Assembly: GCF_009914755.1 (NCBI RefSeq)
Contig: NC_060947.1
Strand: one strand, 5' to 3'
Length of the DNA stretch: 64,000 nt
From: the human T2T-CHM13v2.0 reference genome, Homo sapiens
Shown: positions 16,095-29,924 of the stretch, in pieces
Numbering within the stretch: position 1 is the stretch's first letter
How the letters are laid out: the number at the start of each line of letters is the position of its first letter
Translations under genes and position numbers: made by a program
Notes under the pieces: generated by a model
Database searches by the model: none
The model's input: the letters and a program-made list of their open reading frames with translations, nothing else
Told to the model about the DNA's origin: nothing

Positions 16095-17916
16095 CTATTT
16101 GTTGCTCTTGTTATTTGTTCCTGTTTTTGGCTTTTCATTCTTTTTCTCTTTTGTGGTTTTAATTGATATTTTATGTGATTCCATTTTTCTCTTCCTTTTA
16201 GCATGTCGGTCATAATTCTTTATTTTTTTAACTTTTTGTATTGGTTGCCTTAGAGTTTGCAATATACATTTACAACTAATCTAATTCCATTTTCAAATAT
16301 CACTATACCACTTCACAGGTAGTGCAAATGCCTTATAATAACAAACAATTTTAATTATTTCATCTTGTCTCTTGTGTCTTTGCTGTCATTCATTTCACTT
16401 ATATATAAGAATATGTAAGCATATATATATACACACACACATAAGCACACATAATCAAATATATTGTTGCTATTATTATTTTGAACTATTAGACCAACTA
16501 GGAATAAGAAAAATAAAAGTATTTGTATTACCTTCACTTATTCATTCTCCAGTGCTCTTCCTTTTTTCTGTAGATCTGAGTTGCTAACCTATATCACTTT
16601 CCTTCTTTCTGAGACACTTCTTTTAATATTTCTTGCATGACAGGTCTATTGGCAACAATGACCCTCACATTTTGTCTGAAGAATGCCTTTAGTTATCCTT
16701 CACTTTTGGAGGATATTTTTTTTCCTTCTGTTAGAAAGTTATTGAAGGATAATTTTGCAGTGTACTGAATTCTAGGTTGGCGAGTTTTTCTCTTAACACT
16801 TTAAACAATTCACTCCACTCCACTCTCTTCTTGCTTGCATGGTTTCTGAGGGGAAGCTGGATGTAATTCTTATTTTTGCTTTTCTATAGGTAATGTAGTT
16901 TTTTCCCCTCTGGCTTCATTCAAGATTTTTTCTTTATCTTTGATTCTTTGAAGTTTGAACTATGATATGCCCAGGTGTCTTTTTTTGGTATTTACTATGC
17001 TTGCTGTTCTCTGAATTTCTTGGATCTACAGTCTGATGTCTGACATTAATTTGGGGAAATTTTCAGTCATCATTGCTTCTAATATTTCTTCTGTTCATTT
17101 CTTTCTTCTCCTTCTAGTATTCCCATGATTACATCTTTTGTATTTGTCTCACAGTTCGTGGATATTCTGTTCCACTACTTTGAGTCTTTTTTTGCCTTTG
17201 ATTTTCAGTTTGAAAAGTTTTTGTTGTCATATCCTCAAGCTCAGAGATCCTTTCCTCAGCCACATCCAGTCTACTAATAAGCCCATGAAAGGCATTCTTC
17301 ATTTCGATTCCAATGTTTTTAACTCCTAGCATTTCTTTTTATTCTTTCTTAGAATTTCCATCTCTCTGCATTTCTTTTGATTCTTTCTTAGAATTTCCAT
17401 CTCTCTACTTACATTATCTATCTGTTCTTTGATGTTGTCTACTTTTTTCATTAAAGGCTTTAGCACATTAATCATAGTTTTTTTTAAATTCTCGGTCTGA
17501 TAATTCCAACATTCTTGCCATATCTGAATCTGGTTCTAGTGCTTGCCCTGTCTTTTCAAATTGTATTTTTTGGTTTTTCATATGCCTTGTAATTCTTTCT
17601 TGGTCGTGGACATGATGAGGTGAGAGAAAGGAACTGCTGTAAATAGACCTCTAGTAATGTAGTGGTAAGGTGTGAGGCAGGGCAAGCATTCTATAGCCCT
17701 ATAGTCATATCTCAGCCTTTTAGTGAGCCTGTGTCCCTGCACTGTGTACTTTACAAATGCTTCTCAGTCCTCCGTGCCTCCAAATATGGTAAAACACGAT
17801 GGCTACAGTGGGCTGGCATTGGGTATTTCCCTTCTCCCAGGTCACTTAAGCTCTCATGAAACTCCAGTAGGTTAGGCTCTGGTTAAATAGTTTCTCCTGG
17901 GGGCAGACTTTTTCAG

Positions 17917-18540
<624 letters not shown>

Positions 18541-19220
18541 GAACAGGATGCTCTGGCTTATTTCAAAATGATTTCCTTTCCCCTCCCCTTGCTGGAATTT
18601 CAAGATTTCTCTCTGATATTCACTGTGAAAAACAGATCAAGCTCCTATCCCCATGACCGGGGCGCCCTGGAGTTTGTAACTCTCGGAGGTGTACCCACTG
18701 AGCTTTCAGCAGTTCCTCAACTATAGTTCAGGTTTTCCTACCACTGCACTGGTTCCTACAGAGGTTTTTGTTCTGATAAATTGTGATTCTCTGTATTTGC
18801 CTGTCTCTCCAAGTTCAGGGGCAGTGGTTTCCCCTGTGACCTCACTTCTCTTTTGTATCAAAGAATAGTTGTTGGTTTTTCAGTTTCAGTTTTTTCTGAT
18901 TTTTGCTTGTTACTAGAATGGAATGGCAACTTCCATGCTTCTTACATGCTGAACTGGAAACCAGAAGTCTCATTCAAAGCATTTTCATCAGGCTTAGTTT
19001 TTTAGTTTTTTTGCAAACTTCTAAACTAGCTTCCTAAATTAATATTACACTAATAGGCATATAACACTGATGCTGAGCCCCCAGTCCCACAATGGAAAGT
19101 TTTCCATTTCCTCAACAGATTTGCATCTCCTTTCTGTGATTATTGAGGATTGTAAATACACACAACTTTTTACCTCTGCCATAATTTGCTCTTTATTATT
19201 CACCATTGTTTCTACCATAG

Positions 19221-19575
<355 letters not shown>

Positions 19576-19796
19576 TGAGTTTATTTTTAAAGGGTTTGAG
19601 GTAACTAATATTTCAGAAACTCAAATGAAGATGTCTATAGATAGTTAAAAACATAGGTGTTCCAAAAGAGGTGAAAGGTCAGGGCCAAAAATGTATATTG
19701 AAGAGTGGTTTTCTCTTATTACGATGCCATTCATATAAGCTCAGTCTTTATATTTTGCACGAAGTCTGGGCATCTGATTACAGTGTTAAAAACCTA

Positions 19797-19940
<144 letters not shown>

Positions 19941-20056
19941 TTAACAAAAACTTGTTTTTTAAAAAAAGAAAATTACTAAACAAAAATGTCTAGCTGCTCT
20001 TTCTTCTGAATGATCTTTTTGTAATTTTTATTTAAAGGAAATTTCTGGAAAAGAAA

Positions 20057-20310
20057 ATCTGTTTGGGATTGTAGAGTAAGGATAGATTTCGTTATTTCTT
20101 GCAAACTGTCTGAGAAATCCTTTGAGAGTGTGTAGTAATAAGATAATGAAGTAGATAAACTGTCTATTCCGGTTCCTGTAGCTGTAGCCATTCCTAACCC
20201 TACAAGTAGGGGTATTAGCTGTATGGCTCTGTGCTTACGGACTTGAGCTTTGAGGACAACTGATAGGGTCTGATTTCCTGGGGCAATGTTAATGTTGGGA
20301 CTTAGGGAGA
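20057..20310 (-). pseudogene. HERV9 env fragment (end of SU, cleavage site, fusion peptide, start of TM heptad repeat)
   Basis: Translates ...KAQVRKHR/AIQLIPLLVGLGMATATGTGIDSLSTSLSYYYTLSKDFSDSLQEITKSILTLQSQ; truncated before the immunosuppressive domain. Confidence 0.88.
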
Positions 20311-20890
20311 CTCCTAGAATTGGGGTGTTGGAAGGACTGCTGCATTTCCTTACTAAGCCTTGAGATTTTAAATGTCTAACAATATCCTGTAATCCTTTAT
20401 GAGCTTCAGGCCTTAAGGGATATTGCCTTTGATAAGGAAAAGTGGTGGGGTCTTTTAGCCTGATTTGGACTGAGCAGGCATTTTTTGCCCGTCTGAATTG
20501 TCTTTCCAGTGCCTAGACTTCAGGGTTGATTCCCTCCTCAAGCAGGGGACAACAAATGGGTAACTTGTTCCCCATACTCATGTAGATAATGGTTCCAGCT
20601 TTGGCTAATATGTGCCTCCCTAATAAGGGTGTGGGACTTTCAGGCATAACAAGAAAGGCATGTGAAAAGAGCAAAGTCTCCCAAAAGTCTCCCAATTACA
20701 ACTAAGGAGGTGGGAGAAATACCTGGTTACAGGCTGTCCCAGGACTCCTCGGATGGTAATGGACCTTGAGGACAGCTGTCTGGGGCAGGAGATTCACACT
20801 GAGAAGGCCATGCCAGTGTCCAGGAGGAAGTCAATTTCCTGGCCCTCAATGGTTAAATGTACCTGGGGCTCAGTAAGGGTGATGACATGA
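20311..20890 (-). pseudogene. HERV9 pro and 5' pol (RT start) remnant
   Basis: Protease flap-like FSHAFLVMPESPTPLLGR; RT N-terminal YQRQYPL and NTPILG; stops and frameshifts. Confidence 0.88.
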
Positions 20891-22367
20891 GCTGGCACTT
20901 GCCCCGGGAACCCTCAGTCCTGTTGTTGGATCATCTGGTTGGGGGCTCCTGGCCCAGAGAACCTTTGTTCTCTGGGGCAGTGTGCCTTCCAGTGATTGCC
21001 TTGGCATAGAGGACATGGGCGAGGGGGCAGCTTGTTTCTCATTGGACAGTCTTTTTTTAAAGTGTCCTTGCAAACCACACTGATAACAAGCCCTACCGGG
21101 TGATTGGCCTGCTCCATTTTCTGTCCTCTCTGAACCACCAAGGTTTGTTTGTCCGAGGGCCATGACTAAGGCTGCAGCCTTTCTCTGATCTTGCTTTTCC
21201 TTTTGGGCCTGTTCCTCTTGGTCCCTATTATAGAACACTGAGGTTGCCAGGTTTAATAATGCCTCCAGATTTTGTTCAGAGCCCAGGGTTTGCTTTTGGA
21301 GCTTTCTCCTGATATCTGTGGCTGATTGGGTAATAAACTTATCTTTAGGATCAATTGACCCTCAAGTGATTTGGGGAGTATATTTTCTTAAGGCCTCCCA
21401 TGGCCGCTCGAGGAAGGTGGAAGGATTTTCTTCCTTTCCCTGAGTTATGGTGGGCATCACTGAATAATTCATGGGCTTTTTCCCAGTTCTCCTTAGTCCT
21501 TGTAGAACACAGGTCAACAGATGTTTGTGACTCCAGTCCCCATGATCTGAGTCGAGATCCCAGTGGGGCTCCATACTGGGGATGGCTTGCTGACTGGTAG
21601 GGAATTTGTCCCTTTCTTCAGCTGTCATTCTATCATTTACTTGACTAAGATGCCAGGTATCTCCAAACTCTTGGGCTGCAGCTAAAGCCGCATTCTTTTC
21701 ATTAAAAGCCAGGGTTTGATCTAACAATAGCATGACATCTCTCCAAGAGAGATTGAAGGTTTGCCCTACACCCTGTAGGACATCTATATACCTATCAGGA
21801 TCATCTGAAAACTTCCCCAGGTCTACCTTTATCTGCTTTAAATCAGAGAGGGAGAAGGGGTCATGTACGTGGGTTGGGCCAAATTCCCCTCCCCCTACAG
21901 CTTGAAGGGGACTTAGCCAATAGCCCTGGGGTTTTTGTGGTCCCTTGGAGATTTTTTTTGCTTGTTTCCCTCTGGGCAGGGGAGATTAGAGGAGACTTAT
22001 CATTAATAGGAAGGGGAGCTATAGGGAGGCTAAGATATGGGGGTAAGCAGAGAGGTCCTCTTGTGGGATGTAAATTACAAGCTTTGCATAGTTGTGGATT
22101 CTCCTTCAATGAAAAGAAAGCTTGGACATAAGGTATTTCACTCCATTTGCCTTCCCTCTTACAGGAAAGGTCAAGATGCAGGATAGTATTGTAATTTATA
22201 CTTCCCTCAGGTGGCCATGTTTCCCCATCAGAGAGAGAATATTGGGGCCAGGCCGTAGTGCAGATAAAAATGAGCTGCTTCTTTTTCATGGTTTATGGGT
22301 CAAATTGGTTCCAATGGCTTAGGATGCATTTCAAGGGTGAGCCTATTGACACCTGAGTGTTTCCCAT
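20891..22367 (-). pseudogene. HERV9 gag pseudogene (MA, CA, NC)
   Basis: MGNTQ start, [12 protein letters not shown] (MA), MHR-like ITQGKEENPSTFLER, Zn knuckles CYQCGLQGHFK and CPLCQGNHWKAHC; frameshifted. Confidence 0.9.
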
Positions 22368-23658
22368 CTGAAAGAAAAAACCACCCATGGTTTTGGTTTC
22401 TTTGTTCCCCACCCCCTCCCTGCCACCCGCTGCCCAAGAACCCACAATGGTCCCTGGACCCCGCTGATCAGAATAGTTGCACTCACCGACGCAGCAGCAG
22501 AAACCCCTCTTGCCCAAGAACCCACAATCAATCGTCCATGGGCCCTGCTGATTGGAATGGTTGCGCTCACTGATGCAGCAGCAGAAACCCTAGTTTTCCT
22601 CTTAGACCACAAACAGAACCGAGGAAGGTCAGATTTAGTGGCCCTTAATGATGCATTCTTGAAAACCTGCACCCTTGCCTTTCCTCTTAGACCACAAAGA
22701 GGACCGAGAAAAATCGGATTTAGTGGCCCTTACCAATGCATTCTCAAAAACCTGTTAGAGTCCTAAGCATTTTTTCCTGTTAGTATTGGGACTTTGCCCT
22801 TGTCCTATAAAGATGTTAGGCCCCAAAACTGAAGAGGAGGGCCACACCCTGAGGGAGGGAAGGGATCTTCAGGGTTGGAAAGTGATGCCTTTTGTCCTCA
22901 CCTCTCATCATATGAATAGGAAGGATATCATTTCCGAGGCTCCCCATATCCTAGCTTCAGGAATAGCTTTTGTTAGGCCTGCTAGTCTGAGAGGGGATTC
23001 TAAAATTCCACATAGTCCCCCCCACCCCTGCCGATGGGGCCTTGGGCAAAAATTATGTCTTTCTGATTAGTGAGCTTTAGTGCCTAAAAAAGGGAACAGA
23101 GTCCTGAAGTTTATATTAGAAATCATTCTTATAGGAGAAACTAGAAAAGCACCAGAGACAGGCAGTGGTTTTTAGAAGTGGGACTAGCCTTGGAGAAGAG
23201 AGACAAGAGGAAGTTTGTCTGACAGGCATTAGGACCCAGGAGGCAAGGGTCAGGATAGATAGGATAGATGGGTGAGTCTCGCTTGGGCAACATGACTTTG
23301 AGAGTTCCGCTCATGACTACAGGGTCAACCAACTTTTTGTTGGGACCCTAGAGCTGAATGGCTTTCCTCTCTGTCGACCCTTGGCTCAGCCCAGAAGTAC
23401 AGGAAAACTGGAAGCTGGTTCCAGGCAAACCAATGCTCCTAACTCTGAAGAGTTGGGGGTTGTTAGAGAGCCCTTTCCCAGAAAGCCTGACACCCGTGTC
23501 TTTAGTCCAGCAGCCACGCTAGTCACTTTTAACTGGCCGACAGGTGCCCGGTATTTAGCCCTTGAATTCTAAGGAAAAATAGGACAGAATAGCAAGCAAA
23601 AGGGGTCCGAATAGCAAGGACAGAATAGCAAGCAAAAGTGACTCACCGCTTGGCGATA

Positions 23659-23676
23659 GTCCCTTCGTGGTCACCA
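23659..23676 (-). promoter_or_regulatory. Primer-binding site complementary to tRNA-Arg; major splice donor just downstream (~23641-23648)
   Basis: Minus strand TGGTGACCACGAAGGGAC directly 3' of the LTR; donor CG/GTGAGT. Confidence 0.85.
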
Positions 23677-23679
23677 AGA

Positions 23680-24303
23680 TGTCTGGAGTTGGTTCCTTTT
23701 GGTGGGTTCTTGGTCTTCCTGACTTCAAGAATGAAGCCACGGACCTTCGTGGTGAGTGTTACAGCTCTTAAAGATGATGTGGACCCAAAGAGTGAGCAGC
23801 AGCAAGATTTATTGTGAAGAGCGAAAGAACAAAGCTTCCACAGTGTGGAAGGAGACCCAAGCGGATTGCCACTGCTGGCTGGAGTGGCCAGCTTTTATTC
23901 CTTTATTTGTCCCCGCCCATGTCCTGCTGATTGGTCCATTTTACAGAGTGCTGATTGGTCCATTTTACAGAGTGCCGATTGGTGCATTTACAATCCTTTA
24001 GCTAGACACAGAACGCTGATTGGTGTGTATTTACAGAGTGCTGATTGGTGCATTTACAGTCCTTGAACTAGACACAGAGCCCTGATTGGTGCCTTTTTAC
24101 AGAGTGCTGATTGGTGCATTTACAATCCTTGAGCTAGACACAGAGCGCTGATTGGTGCATTTTTACAGAGTGCTGATTGGTGCATTTACAATCCTTGAGC
24201 TAGACACAGAGAACTGATTGGTGTGTTTACAATCCTCTAGCTAGATAGAAAAGTTCTCCAAGTCCCCACCTGACCCAGGAAGTCCAGCTGGCTTCACCTC
24301 TCA
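23680..24303 (-). mobile_element. LTR12 (HERV9 5' LTR) with 10 CCAAT boxes
   Basis: Begins TGAGAGGTGAAGCCAGCTGG on the minus strand; tandem CACCAATCAGC repeats; GC box and AATAAAA TATA-like element. Confidence 0.95.
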
Positions 24304-25378
24304 CTTAGAACAGGAAAGAAAGGAAAGAACCCTTGGGTGAGATCCAAGTGGGCACCTGAAGGTCAAAGAGAGAAAAAAGCATCTGTAACCTTGATCCTGG
24401 GACTTTATAGGCTCACCTGTTTTCCATGATTCTTCCCTTATTGTGGGCTTTGCACATGTGCAGTGCCCTCCTTACCCTTGGGAACTGAGCAAGTGCAGTG
24501 TGTTTAGGAAGTTGTACACATACCCATCTGAGGCTTTCTTCCCTTTTTCTGGTGGTAGGTACCTGGAAGATCGTACTGAGAGGTGAAGCCAGCTGGACTT
24601 CCTGGGTCGGGTGGGGACTTGGAGAACTTTTCTGTCTAGCTAGAGGATTGTAAACACACCAATCAGTGCTCTGTGTCTAGCTCAAGGATTGTAAATGCAC
24701 CAATCAGCACTCTGTAAAAAGGCAGCAGTCAGCGCTCTGTGTCTCGCTAAAGGATTGTAAATGCACCAATCAGCACTCTGTAAAAACACACCAATCAGCA
24801 CTCTGTGTCTAGCTCAAGGATTGTAAACACACCAATCAGCACTCTGTAAAATGGACCAATCAGCACTCTGTAAAATGGACCAATCAGCAGGACATGGGCG
24901 GGGACAAATAAAGGAATAAAAGCTGGCCACTCCAGCCAGCAGTGGCAATCCACTTGGGTCCCCTTCCACGCTGTGGAAGCTTTGTTCTTTCGCTCTTCAC
25001 CATAAATCTTGCTGCTGCTCACTCTTTGGGTCCACACCACCTTTAAGAGCTGTAACACTCACCACGAAGGTCCGTGGCTTCATTCTTGAAGTCAGGAAGA
25101 CCAAGAACCCACCAAAAGGAACCAACTCCGGACACAGTACTTTGCCATTTTTGTTTCTTAATGTGCATGCCCAGGAAGTTGCTTCTCCCTGGGGCCTGCC
25201 TTTAATTAACACTTTAATGTTGACAGGTGTGGACCATCAGAAAATGGCCTCTCCCTGGCACCGGCTGCCAATTTATCACCTTTAGAGAGGCAATGCAACA
25301 ATTGCCAAATCATCACCTGAACTTTCTAGTGGGTCAGGGAGAGCTGTCTCCTGCCCCACTCATGCCTAACCTGTAACA
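24304..25378 (-). mobile_element. Older ERV1 LTR (LTR9/MER50-like) split by the solo LTR12 and truncated at the HERV9 LTR
   Basis: Minus strand begins TGTTACAGGTTAGGCATGAGTGGGGCAGGAG; sequence is continuous across the GTAC TSD. Confidence 0.75.
24577..25136 (+). mobile_element. Solo LTR12 with about 7 CCAAT boxes
   Basis: TGAGAGGTGAAGCC...CCGGACACA; 4-bp TSD GTAC (24573-24576 and 25137-25140). Confidence 0.95.
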
Positions 25379-26437
25379 GAGTGACAAGAACAGACTGGAG
25401 AAAAAGTAGGATGGAGAAACTGGACTCAAGAGCAGCTCATGGAACCTGAGCTAGGTCAATACCCAGGTTAAAATTTTATTCAGGGGATTTGGAGAAGAGC
25501 ACTCCAACTTGTAGCCAGGGCAATTTCTGTGACTAGTGATCTGAAATCCTAGGCTTATGCCTGGATCCCAGTATTTTTTCATAGTTACCAGGGGCCTAAC
25601 TGTTGTCCTGGCTGGCTTGAGGGTGAAGGAGTTGAAACTTAGAAGATCAGCTTGTGAATAGCCCTGTAAGACTTGGCTCTGGACTTATCTAGGCAATATC
25701 ATTTGTTATCCTGGGTATGGCTTGGAACCTGAGATTTTTCACAGTGTGGCTGTCCATGCATCCTCCATGGTGGGGAGTAAAGGTCAATTCTGAAAAGGAG
25801 TACTGACATCTAAAAGGAGACAGTCTTGATCCTTTGAGGAACGGTGATGAGAAAATGATAAAAATGAGGAATATTTTGTTCCTTGATTATTCCTGGCATT
25901 TTTGCCCAAGAAAGTGTTTTAAAAAAACAAGTCTCAGACATTCTTATAGTTAACATCTCCAACACTCTGCTCTTTAAAACTGTGAATATCTTAAGTTTTG
26001 TGAAGGGAATGAAAAACGAATGATTGAAATAAATTTACACTTCAAAGAACAGTTTCTTGAAGTAATCAAAAGTGCACCCTTAAGAAAATAATTCTCTTTC
26101 CCTGCTTGTATTAGCTGCTATTTGCAAACAGTACACCATTTGGTATCAACTGATGCTTTTAATGAACCTCAGGGAGAGAAGGAAGTACAGCTAATTATTG
26201 TAAACAAGCCTGAGGGGACACAGAGTCTGTGTTGTTATGGTGGCAAAGAAATATTAATAGAATACTCAGCTGAACGTAGGCATGTATCAGCTTATTTTGT
26301 GTGTGCTCAAATTCATATTCTAGAGGTTTTACTTAATACTCCAACTTGTAATATAGTCTTATTTATATTATTAAAATTGTTCATAAGGGTAAGCAGTAGA
26401 TGTAGTAGTTAAAATCATGAGCTTAAAAAAAAACAAA

Positions 26438-26800
26438 CCAGGGTCTCGCTTTGTCACCAAGACTGAGTGCAGTGATGCAATCATCAATCATAGTTCACTG
26501 CAGCCTCAAACTCCTGAGCTCAAGCGCTCCTCCTGCCTCAGCACCCCAAAATGCTGGGATTACAGCTGGGATTACCAAACCCAGCAAAATCTTAAACTTT
26601 AAAGTCCAGGGAGCAAATACAGTATCTGCTACTTCCTGGTTGTGTGACCCCCTTAGGGGTTTCTGAATTTCTCCGAGCCTCTATCTCCATATAGTACATA
26701 TTTCACAGGGTTATCATGAGAGCTGAATAAGGTAACCAATGTCAACCGATTAACAGAGTGCTTGGTTCATAAGTGCCCCTACATAACAGGTGCTATGATG
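26438..26800. mobile_element. Deleted antisense AluJ fragment (26438-26585) inside a MIR
   Basis: Alu motifs followed by MIR core-like sequence (TGTGTGACC...CACAGGGTTATCATGAG). Confidence 0.7.
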
Positions 26801-27534
26801 CTGCTTATTTCATTCTTCTCATAATTAAGTGATTGAATCAAATTTTAAAATACCATTTCTTAAAGTCCCCCAAAGAGCACCATGATGTCCAAGTACTCTG
26901 ACACTTGAGCAAGTTTGAGAATGACTTCCCAAATATAGCCCACTCTGTGCCTAAGTCCAAGACATTACAACTTAAAAGAAAATTGGACAAAAAATGGACC
27001 TTTGCATAAGCAAAAAACATGAAGAAGAGCCTCCGGGGAGGAAGACCATGCAAGGAAAGATACTGCTGAAGGAAAAATCCACATCCAAATGTCAGAGGCC
27101 TACAAAGTACAGGATCTTCAGGGAGAGTAAATATCACTGCCTTACACCTGGGATTCCATGACCATGCTAACCTTGCAGAAAAGAGAAAATCACAAGTCAG
27201 TGTTTTTCTGGGTCCATCCCCTTGCACTCTCTAGGAGTTTCACTCTCCATTCCCTACCCACACATTCCCCTAATCTCCTAGGTTCCCCCTCTCCCAGAAA
27301 AAAAAAAAAAAAAACTTCTGGAAAATCAAAAAGGTGTTTCACAAGTTCTCTGGGGTCTGGCACTCATGTCTCCCATTTCTCTTCTTTTTATTCTAGAACT
27401 TCCCTAGGGGTGCATATTGTCATGGTCAACAGCCATCAAAACCAAGACCTCTACAGGTGCCTGCCAGAGGTACAACTGGTGGCCTGTAGTGTCCACGCAT
27501 AGGTCGTCAGTGCCCAATAAGGAAGGTGCTGTTT

Positions 27535-27806
27535 TTCTTTCTTTCTTTTTAACTTTTAAGTTCAGGGGTACATGTGCAGGTTTGTTACATAGGTAAACTT
27601 GTGTCATGGGGGTTTGTTGTACAGATTATTTCATCACCTAGGTATTAAGCCTAGTACCCATTAGTTATTTTTCCTGATCCTCTCCCTCCTCTCACCCTCT
27701 AACCTTCAAAAGTCTGCAGCGTGTGTTGTTCCCCTCTGTGTGTTCATGTGTTCTCATCATTTAGCTCCCACTTATAAGTGAGAACATGTGGTATTTGGTT
27801 TTCTGT
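27535..27806 (-). mobile_element. 5'-truncated L1PA 3'UTR
   Basis: GGTACATGTGCAGGTTTGTTACATAGGTAAAC and CCCACTTATAAGTGAGAACATG with a T-rich tail. Confidence 0.9.
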
Positions 27807-27834
27807 TGGTGTTATCTTTCAATACTGGAGATAG

Positions 27835-28158
27835 TGAGGCAGGAAAGCAGGGTCTGGAGGCAGGGAACATAAGGTTGATTCACACTTCAGCTATGACAGA
27901 AAATGTCCTCTCCATAGTAAATGATAACTTTACTTCATCCTCTTCATTTACATAGGGTGTACAACAAGTAGAGGGTATTTAAACTCAAAAAAACTCTGTA
28001 ACAGTGCCCTTGAGCCCCTATGCTGGGGTCCACTCCCACACTGTGGAGTGTACTTTCATTTTCAATAAATCCCATGATTCCTTCCTTCCTTGCTTTGTGC
28101 GTTTTGTCCAATTCTTTGTTCAAGAGCCCAAGAACCTGGACACCCTCCACCAGTGACA
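27835..28158 (+). mobile_element. ERV1 solo LTR (MER51-like)
   Basis: TG...CA termini; 4-bp TSD ATAG; TATTTAAA and AATAAA signals. Confidence 0.85.
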
Positions 28159-28233
28159 ATAGCAGTGGTACAATCAATCTCCTAAGGTGCTGCCAAAGGT
28201 GTTGGCACTGACGTTGCTGAAATGTTAGAATGA

Positions 28234-28238
<5 letters not shown>

Positions 28239-28273
<35 letters not shown>

Positions 28274-28549
28274 CGGAGCCTCGCTCTGTTGCCCAGGCTG
28301 GAGTGCAGTGGGGTGATCTTCGCTCACGGCAACCTCCGCCTCCCAGGTTCAAGCCATTCTCCTGCCTCAGCCTCCTAAGTAGCTGGGATTACGGGTGCGT
28401 GCCACCACTCCCGGCTAATTTTTGTATTTTTAGTAGAGACGGGGGTTTCACCATGTTGGCCAGGCTGGTCTCCAACTCCTGACCTCGTGATCAGCTCACC
28501 TCAGCCCCCCAAAGTGCTGGGATTACAGGCGTGAGCCATCGCGCCCAGC
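28239..28549 (-). mobile_element. AluS with long poly(T)
   Basis: Antisense dimer; TSD TAGAATGAAGTTCTTTT. Confidence 0.95.
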
Positions 28550-29301
28550 TAGAATGAAGTTCTTTTCATCTTCACTTGTTTTATCAGTGATTCTTTGCTG
28601 TAAGATTCAGGCTTGGATTCAAGGGGGGCTGGGCCAGATGATACCTGTGGCATGCACTCTGGTGGGTTAATAATGTAGCCAAGCTCCTTACACAGGCTCA
28701 ACTGCCTTTGAGTCAAGTTATACGACACTCTTAAGTTTAAACAATTTATTTCCCAGGAGGCTTCTTGGTGTTTATGCCTTATCAAACATCCTGATTGGCC
28801 CAGACAGTTGTGAATGATTTTTAGAGTAAAAATGACTTAATTTCATGATGGGGTTCTCTGTTTTGCTAGGATGGTCAGAAGACAGGAAAAGGGACAAGAA
28901 ATTGAAGTTCACTGGACAGTTCAGTTTGTCAGGCATTTGCTGAGCACCCACTGTGTGCTTCACAACAATCTTGCAAAGCTGCCATTATTATACTTGTTTT
29001 GCTGGTAAAGAAACTGGTGCTCAATTGGTTAAAGTAATGAGATCAACATCATACAGACAGTAAATGACACAGTTAAAATTTGAAACCAGGTTTTCCCACT
29101 TCAATTGTCTCTACCTGGGGTAATATTCTGTGCTTTTATCACAAGGAATAGTTATATTTGGCGCTAGGGGATTAGGGTTAAAGGTAAATGATTAGGGTTA
29201 AATGTAAATGTAAATGATTCTTCAGCTAGGATTGGTATGCATTTGCATGTTTATTTTTCTGGGGAGAAGACCCATAGCTTTTATCATATCAAATATAATT
29301 A

Positions 29302-29700
<399 letters not shown>

Positions 29701-29924
29701 TTAAGCTCTTGGAACCTCATTTTTCTCATTAGTAAAATGGTGTACATGAGACCATCTCCTAGAATGTCATTCCCTAATTGTGTGAACCTACTTGTTATTT
29801 TAGATCTCTCAGAGGTTTTTCCTAGCTTCTGTTCTCTCTCTAGCCCCTTAAATCAGTTTATCAGGCATTTGTGACTACTGCTTATATTCTCAGACTGCAT
29901 TTGTGCCTGGACCTTCTCACCAGC

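Larger units (their letters stand above)
20057..24303 (-). mobile_element. HERV9 provirus: 5' LTR12, PBS, leader, gag, pro, start of pol fused to an env fragment; no 3' LTR
   Basis: LTR12 at 23680-24303, tRNA-Arg PBS, and gag/pro/env peptides of HERV9/HERV-W type on the minus strand. Confidence 0.93.

Noticed and set aside
22425-22760. Imperfect direct repeats upstream of HERV9 gag
   Set aside because: Diverged leader repeats that I recall as typical of HERV9/HERV-W internal sequence; not locus-specific.
23920-24890. Regularly spaced CACCAATCAGC repeats resembling a CRISPR array
   Set aside because: The intervening sequences are themselves repeats; this is the normal LTR12 U3 tandem array in a eukaryotic genome.
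29165-29220. TTAGGG motifs suggesting interstitial telomere
   Set aside because: Only two non-adjacent copies within a ~21-bp local duplication.
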